Below, one piece after another: positions 13,895-23,709 of a stretch of DNA of 64,000 bases (position 1 is its first letter; the number at the start of each line of letters is the position of its first letter). Source of the DNA: Auanema rhodensis (Eukaryota; Animalia; Nematoda); the NCBI GenBank assembly GCA_964057225.1, contig OZ059894.1, positions 7,192,001-7,256,000 of the forward strand, given 5' to 3'. The position numbers were made by a program, and so were the translations under genes. A model generated the notes under the pieces. It did no database searches. It was given only the letters and a program-made list of their open reading frames with translations, and was not told the origin of the DNA.

Positions 13895-14590
13895 AAAGAT
13901 TGTCGCGACCTCGCGATATTTTAAACAAAAATTTGGGCTTATATGTAACTGAGTTTTAGAGTTCAATTGTTTTAGCTTCACAATAACTATAGTATGATAG
14001 AGTTTTAGTTAGTATACAAACAAAATTACAATAATTTATAAGAAGGGTTCAATATAATATGAAGGGACGATGAATTAGAATATTATTAATTTCATAAATT
14101 AATTATCTTAATATTCAAGCATTTCCTAATAGAGATTGTAGAATAAAGGGGCTAGTAATGAATGGGAATATGTTATTATTTTGACTAATGGTCTCAAGAA
14201 GTACTCATTTCTAAATTGAACCGAGATTATGATTTAATAATGTGTCTCCATATGTCTCCCAGAGTGAATCCTTGATTACTAATGGAGACTACCACTTAAG
14301 ATGAAATTGTGGTTGATACGCCTACCAGTGTTCATCTCATCTTATTTGGAGAGGCACATGGAGCTCGGATGGTTGTCAAAATGTCCTCTAGTCCGCATAG
14401 GATTACGGTAACTTGGAACCATTAGTCATAACATCTCCTCGTTTAGAATTTGCCTTATTTTTCCTTTCTCAATCTCTATTAAATGCTATTTTTATTTTGA
14501 ATGTTATTTAGCATTAATTTTTTTTTTTTTTTTTTTTAATTCATCGTTATTTTGTTACAATAATTTAAATAACGTAGCATTATCTTGTTG

Positions 14591-17500
14591 TTATTCTTCT
14601 TCATTCCTCGGAAGCCATATTTCGTCTTCATTTTCATCTTCTGGCTCTGTATCTATGCTATCCTTGTTGTTCCTGTTGATCACTTCTATTATTTCGATGT
14701 CGCTATCTTCTTCTGCTTGACTTTCTCGAAACCTTGCGCGAGTGTTGTAAGAGATGTTTTGTGAAGCAGGAGAGAAGATTTTCAAGTTATCTTTGTGGAT
14801 ATCTTGTAGTTTTCCTGATGAATTTCTGATTTGAACTTTTGATCCTTCTACGTTGATGACTTCGCATGGTCCATCATAGCTTTTCCGAAGCTTTTGGCCG
14901 ATTTGGTGTGATTTTATAGTCGTCATCACCATGTCGCCCGGTTGAATGTCTCTATGGTGTGCTCTTTGCGTTCTATCTTTCTTCTTTTTCGCATTTTCTT
15001 GATTTTTAGCTATGCGGTTCTTTATTATTTCGTCTCTCTTGTCCATATCTGGTCTTCTTTGGAGTAATTCTTCAGAAATTTCTTGAATTTTGGTGATCGT
15101 TTCTGGTAATTCAGCGTCCATTGACATTCTGCATTCTTTACCGAATAATGCAATGTATGGCGCAATCCCTGTAGTCGCGTGCTGAATATTGTTAATAGCA
15201 AAAGTGATTTTTGGTAATACAGTATCCCAGTCACTAAGGTCCTCTTTTAAGTAGTGGGTTAATCCTTCTTCGAGGGTTCGGTGAAGTCTTTCCACTTGTC
15301 CATTTGAGTTCTTTTGGTGTGGTAGTGTTGGTTCATGTTTGATTCCAAGTTTAGTACACATTTCTTCGAACTTTTTAGATACAAAGTTTGAACCTCTATC
15401 GGTGATCAAGCGATGGGGTGGTCCAAAAATGTAAACGAAATGTCTTAGAAATCGATCAATTGTGATTTCCGTTGTTATTTGTGGTACAGCAATTGTTGTT
15501 GACCATTTTGTAAATGCGTCTTGCATGGTAATGACGTAGGTACAGTTTCTTTTTGAAGGGGGAAATGGTCCCATTACGTCCATGTGGACTCGTTCAAATG
15601 GCTTGCTTGGTATCTCAAAATGACCTATTGGTTGTACCGTCATGGAATGTGGATCTTTTTTTCTTTGAGCACATTTAATGCAGTTCTTGATGAATATAGT
15701 AATGTCGTTCTGCATATTTGTCCAATAGAATCTTCTTAGAATTGCTTCTTTTGTTTTAATAATTCCTTGATGTGCTGCAATTGTAGGATCCTCATGAAAA
15801 ACTTTGATTATTTCCTCAATTATGGGGTGTTCTTGTGGTATTACGATAGCGGGTTGTGGCTTTTTGTCTGTTGGTTTTGTATAGAGCAAGTCATTTATGA
15901 CACAATATCTGTCATTAGCTGTCATGTTCTTTTGTGCTCTATATTCAATCTCCGCTATCGTCCGTTTAATCCAAGGGGTGCTTAGTTGAATTTCCTTTAT
16001 TGTTGGTGTATTTATGGCGTTAATGTGAATTTCTTCCATTTTCTTCTTCTTTGTTTCCGGCTTAGCATCGTTAGCTTCTTCACCTATATATCGAGATAGA
16101 GCATCGCATACTTTATTTAATTGGCCTGCGCGATATTTTATTTCAATATCATATTCTTGGATGACCAGCTGGAACTTCGCAAGACGACCAAATAAGTCTC
16201 TGCGTGTCATTAAGCTGGTAAGAGGTCGATGGTCCGTAATACATATAGTATGAGTTCCAAGAATGTATGTACGGAATTGATTTAATGCATATACAAGGCC
16301 TAATGCTTCTATCTCGATTGGTGCGTAGTTACGTTCGGCTTTAACTAGTTTTCTGCTTGCAAATGCGATAGGGTGTAGATTTTTCAGAGGTTGTTTTGGA
16401 TCTTCCGGTTGTAATAATACAGCACCTATGGCGATGTTACTACCGTCGCTTTCAACTATAAACAAGCGGTCCGATTTAGGTGGGCTTAAAACGGGTGCCT
16501 GTATTAAACTTCTTTTAAGGAGGTCTAAAGCTTCTTGATGTTTGTTTTCCCATTTGAATTCAGTATCTGCCTTTGTCAGATCGTATAAAGGGCTTGCGAT
16601 ACGTGCAAAATCTTTCATGAATTTGCGAAAGAATCCAACCATTCCCAAGAATGCTCGTACACCTGTTGCATTCTTTGGTGCCGGATAATCTTGTATGGCG
16701 GCGACTTTTTGAGGGTCAGGTTTTATACCTTGACGTCCTACAATAAGTCCTAGAAATTTCACTTCTGGTTGAGCAAAAGCGCATTTCTTAAGCTTTATCT
16801 TCATTCCCAATTCTTCTACTGCTTGCAGTAAATCATCGATATCTTTGAGATGTTGTTCTCTTGTATCAGATATAACTAATAGATCGTCCAAATAAACAAA
16901 TAGTTTACAAGAACATTTACTTTGCAAATACCTTACTGCTGTTTGAAAGGTATGAGGGGCTCCACAAAGGCCCATCGGCATCCGTTTGTACTGGTATGTG
17001 CCGGATGTGGTCGTAAATGCTGTTAGTGGTCGATCTGATTTTCTCAAGGATATTTGAAAAAATCCTGACACTAAATCGAAGTTTGAGAAAAATTGGGCGC
17101 CTGCTGCCAAATCAACTATGTCAGAAATGCTTGGAATGACATAAGTTTGCTTGCGTGTGACATTATTTAAAGCTCGAAAATCTGTCACAAACCTATACGT
17201 GTCATCTTTCTTCTTAACTAGTACTACAGGGCTATTAAATAGAGATGTAGAAGGCTCTATTATGCCTTGCTCAAGCATTTCTTTGACTTGTTTTTCAATT
17301 TCTTCCTGTTTTCCTAAGGGAATACGTGTTATTCTCGGCTTTGGCATATCCATATCTGTTCTCAATGGTATGGTATGCTCTATAGGACCTTTAAATAAGC
17401 CTATTTTCCTGTCCTCGTTAAGAAATGCCTCACGATGGCTTTCAATTATTTTTGTAAGCTCATGTTTTTCTTCTTTCGTGAGATCAGCATTCTCTAGATC

Positions 17501-20500
17501 AAGATCTTTTATGAAGTCTCTTGGAAAATATGGTAGTTTACTCTCCCAATCGGCCTCTGGCGGAACATATGGTAGAATTGGCTTATGCTTAAAGGGTTCA
17601 CAAGCCGGAATTTCTCCAATTATTGCCTGTCCGATGACTGAATTAGCTTCCATAGCTATTGTTTCATCGGTATTGTTACGGAACATAACATATACTCCAC
17701 TGGTATCACGAAACGCAGTTGGATATAATGATTTTAATGCGCTTCCACTATCCCCTAAGACAACCACTTCGTTAGATTCTAGTGGTTTATCTGTCTTTAT
17801 TGGGATAGGTGCCTCTTCATCAGGCTTTAATGTTTTTGTTCTTAAATTAATGATATTCACAGTTATCTCCGTATGCTTAATAGATTCGTTTCCTATTAAT
17901 GGGATGGCATTGTTTCCAATCTCCAACCTCTTCTTGGATGGTTTAAGGCTGACGTCGATGTTTTCGCTGTCAAGCGCTTTCATGAAATCTAGTCCAATTA
18001 AAGCGGGAGCAGGACAGTCATGATCGTTTGAGACCAAAAAGGTGTGTTCGATCTCGTAACCGGCAATTTCAATTACAAGATTTATCTTTCCATAAAATGT
18101 GAAAGTGGACTTGTTGGCTGCCATCGCTACTAAATGTCTCTTCTTGACATTTTCGGCCATGTTCAGATATTTGAGGGTGGAGAGCCTAACATATGACACT
18201 GATGAGCCTGAATCCCATAAAGCTAAAATCAGTTTATCTTCAACTGATATATATATTAATGGTAACTTTGTTTCCGCTGATACAATAGAAGCAACAAATG
18301 GTATTGCGATTGGAATAAATGTTACTAAAGCAGGATAGTATTGCTTCATGATGTTATCTGGCATCTGTTGGTCTGGGCGGCTTACAAGTTCCAATGTTTC
18401 TTCATAGCTTGGGGGCTCATTATCTATTTCGTGGACATGCATTACGGTTAGTGGAGTGGCTCTGAAGAACCAAAATTTAGCAACAACGAAAAGAATTATT
18501 AATACTGCGGCAATCGTAACCATTGATCCTATGAAGATGAGTGTTCTCTCAATTGATCCTATTAGAAATTGCTTTACGCTAGTCCAGGCGGAAGTTGTGA
18601 ACTCAGCTGCTTTAGAGATATAGTCACTGCCCTTTTTCAAAAGATTAAAGGCGGACGTAATTTTTGGATCGTTGTGAATAGTATGTAAAACATGGTTCTG
18701 TCGTATGGATGCTAAACTTGCTCCATATGCAATAGCTGTTGACATTGAGTAAACTCTCAATGATAAATTGGTGTATAAGTTAGCGCCTGTGAACTTTAAA
18801 GGTGTTAATTGGTGGTATTGCGCTTTATCAAAGAGTGATATTGGTTTTACTTCAACCGATCCATTTATATTTATCCATTCTCCATTTTGATAGTATACAT
18901 CTGTGGGTACATGTTCGCAATCTATCTCTTTTCCATGTGTTAATAAGTCTCTTGATCCTGGAGCAGCAAAATATAATCTCTCATCTTCTGTTATTACTGG
19001 TGTTTCCAAATAGCATGTATCATTGATCTTATGATTATGATAAACAGCTTTAGGTTGAAGAGGTAGGCATATATGAACATGAACTATATCGCTGCCTACG
19101 AAACGGGCTGCAATATCCTCTCTTCCTAAAATAGTCCTCATTGCTATTGTAGGTTCTATGTGTAAAATAGAACGCCATAGCTCGAGGTATCTATTTTGAA
19201 TCTCACATATGGATTCATAAGATTCCATGAAATGTTTCTGTAGCTCTTCTTGTATGAGTGTTGTTGTATATTGTAGATGATCTTGAGCTATTCTGCGAGA
19301 TACGTTGAGGTTGAATTGTATTTCGTTGTTCACTTTTGACGCTGTATACGTTGCCTGAGCCTGAATTTCTCTGGTTTCTACGGGTGGAGATGATGTTCTT
19401 TGTTTCCTTAAGATTCGTGACGCCGTGTCAGTGACTGTTGCTAATGTTGTTGGCGAGAGAGTCGTAGTTATCGCGGCTGTTGTCGTCTCAACTGTGGTTG
19501 TCGTCGGAATCCGAGTCGTATGGCTTTTAGTTGTCTCCTGAACTAGTGAAGCGGGTTTGTCCGTTGTTGTCGTTAATGACAGTCTTCTAGTCAGATAAGG
19601 CGGTGTTTCAATATCCTCTAACAGTGGTAAAAATGTTTTTATAAGTAGCTGGCGTGTATCTGCGCTTGGGTTTTGAATGCGAGGGTGGGGCCCTATCGAT
19701 ATACCGTAGTTAGAATCTTTATCTCGATATAATTTGTTGGTATCTGGCACATTGATTGTTAATTGTCGGAACTTTTCATCATCTACGGCTGCTGCTGTTT
19801 TATTTGGCCTTATTACTCGCAATGTCATCAAGTTATGGTATAAGTAAAGAGTGTTTCTAAGTACTATACGCTCATCAGCATTGTCAGTTGTTAGAGTTGG
19901 TCGGATCGGCGGCATGTTCACAAAGGATTTTAAAACCTCTTGCCTTGATGGTACCGACAGATTGTTTTCAAATATTACCGGTGTATAAGCTAACTCCATC
20001 GCTATGCTTTCGGCTCTTTCACGGTAGGATCCGTCTTTTTCTAGCAGTTTTTCGTCAAATTCGTGTGCTGTTAATCTGTCACCTATCTGTTCTAATAATT
20101 GTTGTGAGGTTAAATACCGTATAGCGCCGCGAGTGGTTGCTGCCAGTTCCTTTTGCGCAAGAAAATAAAGTATTGCTTCCTCAGGGTCGTGTATTTCGTA
20201 TGTTTGAAGGAAACGTTGTATGGATTTATCAGATACGGGACTTCTTAAGAAGAAATAAAACTTCTCGGGATGTGCTGAAACCCAGTCAATAATTGAATAT
20301 GAAGGGTTGACAGCTCGTCTGGCCTTTATAAGCGGTATTATCTGATAAATACCAGGATTACTCATCACCGGTCGTAAGAAAGGATAAGGACAAATATTTA
20401 ATATTAAAGTTTCAAAATCTTCCTGTTTTTGTATCCACTCCTTGTTTAATTCAACCGTGCATTCCGCAATTGCTCTTTTATCTCTTTTCGCCGGAAGTTT

Positions 20501-23296
20501 CTTATATTCTCTCTCTATTAAAACATGGATATTGGTGTCATTTGGGTACTGTGGTAAGAGAATGTAATTGCCAGTTGTGGTGTGGAAGATTGGCTGTTTA
20601 AAACAAGAAGATATTTGCTTCGGTATCTCTTTTTGATCGATTACAAGGGCTGATTGAGTGGTTGGTAACAGAATAATGCCGTCTCCAATTATCACATCAT
20701 ATTCACTCATGTCGATATAGTTGCATCGATATTCATAAGGCTGTTTCTCCCATATGATGATTGAGGTATCTGATGCACATTCTCCATGATGCGCTAAGCA
20801 TCCTTCAGTATTTAGTATTAAATTGGAGATTATAGTTTCATCTGGCATCCGTGTCATAACCCCTCTTTCGATAACCAATCTGGCTTTCTCTTCACATAGC
20901 TCATTATTAAAAGATCGGCCTGGCGAGAAGGAAGGCTCGTCAGTTGCATATGTTATGCTGTCGATCTTCTTTAATTCACTCCAATTCCATCTTCTATCTC
21001 TCACTGCCAGTCTGCATTCTGCAGCTGGTATCTTTTCAATTCTCGCTATCGTTGTATTGGTATCTCTAAGGAACAAAAGGTCTCTGATACACATTTTATG
21101 AATTTCTTTGGAGCATCTCCATGCATCCCATTCATGTGCCGTTTGATTCCTTGTATAAAGATGAACTTTTGTTCGTAAGATATGCTTTATTGGTGGTAAT
21201 AAGCATTTTCGGAGAGATGGGGGACGGAGAAGGGCTCCTCCAGTAGCTTTAGTACATAGCTGGTATGCTTCAGCTGTTGTAACCAGTGATAAGATTACTG
21301 ATAAAGCTACGGCTAAAGTCAAAGGAGATATCAGAGTCAAATTATTGACTCTTGAGCCTCTACCTCTGCCTCTATTGTTGTTATTTCCCCTAAAGGTACT
21401 GTTATTTCTCTGTCTATTATTGCTCATTTCTTGATTTTGTGATGCATTATGGCTTCTTTGATACCCATTTTGATTTTGATTCTGATAATTTCGACCGCGG
21501 TCACCAAAATTGCGGTTCCTAGCAAATGGGTTTTGGAAATTCCAGCCTTTTTGATTTTTTGAAAATTTATGATAATTTTGATTGTTTTGAAAGTTTGGAT
21601 GATAATTGTTATAATTATTATAATTTTGATAATTTTTATTATTAAAAGATTGATAACCTCTTGCCATACCTCTCCCACCATTGTTTCTGCGCGGGGGGAA
21701 AGTTCTTTCAATTGCGTTAACCAATAGCGCCTGAGGGTCTGCTACTTGGTTTGCAATTGATTCCTCCCAGCGAGCACTATCAACAGCCTCAGCAAAAGTT
21801 TTGGGTTTTGCTCGAATTACCCCTGGGCGTATCGTATTTTTCAAGCCTCTCAAAAATGTGGACCTCAGAATGTGATCTTTATGAGTATCACTATTAGAGA
21901 AAGCATTTAAGCTGAGGTTTCTTAACGTTTGTGCAAAACCATCAATTGATAAATCGCCTTGAGTGCTGTTTTGAAGTGTGATAAGGGCAGGGTCTTGATT
22001 GTATTCGGGACACAGCTTGGATGTTAACTCTTCTATTAGGGTAACCCAAGGTCCAGCAGTTCTGACCTTGTCAGGTAGCTCTAAATAAGCTTCCTCTGCT
22101 CTATCATTTTTCAATAGTAATGGTAAAATAGTTAGTCTTTCGGGCATCACTAAGCCTAAGGCGTTAGAAAAGGTATTAAACTTTGCCACGAAATCTCTAA
22201 AGTTACGACTTCCGTCGTATATGGGGCAATAAGGTGAGCTTAATGCGTGCGCAATGGTAGATTTACCAGCTCCCGGAAGACGTGGTGTCTCCGTCATGGT
22301 TGGTATATCCTCAGGGTATGTGCGAGATGACGTAATCCCTTTACTGCCTGAGCTTCTCGCCGTTAAATTCTTACCTCCCTTTTTCGAGTTACCAGATGTT
22401 GGATAACTAATGGTAGGGGCGGCTGAGGAGAACCGCTTCCCTGGGAGTTTGATAATTCGACTCGTTGCCTGAGGCGTCGAATGTATTGATACGCTTGAGC
22501 TGGGTATAGCGCTATCTGACTTATTAAGGGTTGGGTTGGAGGATACGTGAAGAGAGTTATCAACTTGTTCTGTTGTTACCTCCCCTGGAGACAAATTCAA
22601 AACTTTTATTAAGCGAGCTGTTAAAGATTTCTTACTTTTGAACTTATCAGTAGTTAGTGATAAGGGCAAAACTTCGGTAATTTCCTGATTTGGTTCTACG
22701 GGATTATTAGAGGTTGAGCGCCTACGCGGTGTATTAGTTTTTCTTTTATTAATTTTTTTAGAATCAAGCTTTTTCGAATCAAGCTTATCAGTGATAACTG
22801 ATAAGGGTGATTTGCGAATAGTGAGAGATGAGGTTTTATTAAGTTGTGAGTTTTCTATCGGAGTGGAAAATGCCTGCGGTGTTAGAGTTAGTTCAAAAGA
22901 AGATGCAAGATCGTTATCAGTATTAACTGATAAAGTTGATAAGTTTAGGTGGGGAGTGGCTGGTGAAGTATTAGAGGTTATTTGTTTTGGTTTTTGAATT
23001 TTTTGAATCTTTTTATTACTTTTAAAAGAGTGTACCTTTGGAGTTGAAGCTGAAGTTTGAATATTGTAGTCCTGAATATAGAAATCAGGGTCCTCCTCGG
23101 TGTTGTCCGGAGGTGAATACGTGCCTTCTCGAGGAATGAAGGTTTTCTCGACTTTGGGTTTTACCTCTTGTTCAGGCTCTTCAATCTGAACACTGAGGAG
23201 TCGAGTGCGGCTTCTGGTTCGACTGGCGACTGCGATGTCGTCACTGGACTCAGAAGGGTATAGAGCAGGGACGGCCGAAGAGTATCTTCGTGCCAC
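14591..23296 (-). CDS. Gag-Env(gB-like)-Pol polyprotein; open from 23386, first ATG at 22297
   Basis: Capsid-like Gag ([14 protein letters not shown]...TFLRGLK), signal peptide 21340-21266, gB-like ectodomain, TM ~18545-18470, protease DSG 18214-18206, RT YLDD 16894-16883, RNase H (ESDGS...EIEAL...TDHRPL), integrase HHCC plus D,D,E, and a GPY/F-like C-terminus. Confidence 0.95.
   Translation of the reverse strand: [2901 protein letters not shown]
18470..21340 (-). other. Envelope domain: class III, herpesvirus gB-like fusion glycoprotein inside the polyprotein
   Basis: [26 protein letters not shown] resembles gB [84 protein letters not shown] resembles the gB core (QF..WCELQN..LW..NP..GR.VSAR.LGDV..C..CYSRP). 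Also furin-type sites, N-glycosylation sequons and a TM. Similarity is from recall, not a search. Confidence 0.82.
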
Positions 23297-23709
23297 TTTG
23301 GAATCACTCTTGGTTCGGAAAAACCGCGAGTGTTTCGTTATATGGGGGATGTTGACGTTGAATGAGTGACAAGAAATTCGGGTCGGTTATAGGAAAAGTA
23401 AGAAACGTTTGAAGATTGAGACGTGGCGTCTTTCGCCGAGAATCGTTATTAGATGAGAAAGAGTTTTAAAATCTTGGCCTGAGATCTGGCTCCGCCTATC
23501 TACCGTATTCTCTTTTCTTTATTCTATTTCACAGATGTTCATCAATTATAAATTTTTTTTGGTCTTCGCTCTTTCTAGCCTCAATCTTAATACTTTACTC
23601 TAATTGAATTCTTGAAAGTATGAGAGAGATTTTCAGTCGTTTTATGTCCCCTTTTTATGCATAAGAATCTTTATATTTGTAGAGCTGAAAAAAAAAAATA
23701 AATCAAAGA

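Noticed and set aside
17151-18338. 290-aa and 79-aa ORFs antisense to pol
   Set aside because: In-register antisense shadow of the coding strand, with non-ATG starts and no motifs.
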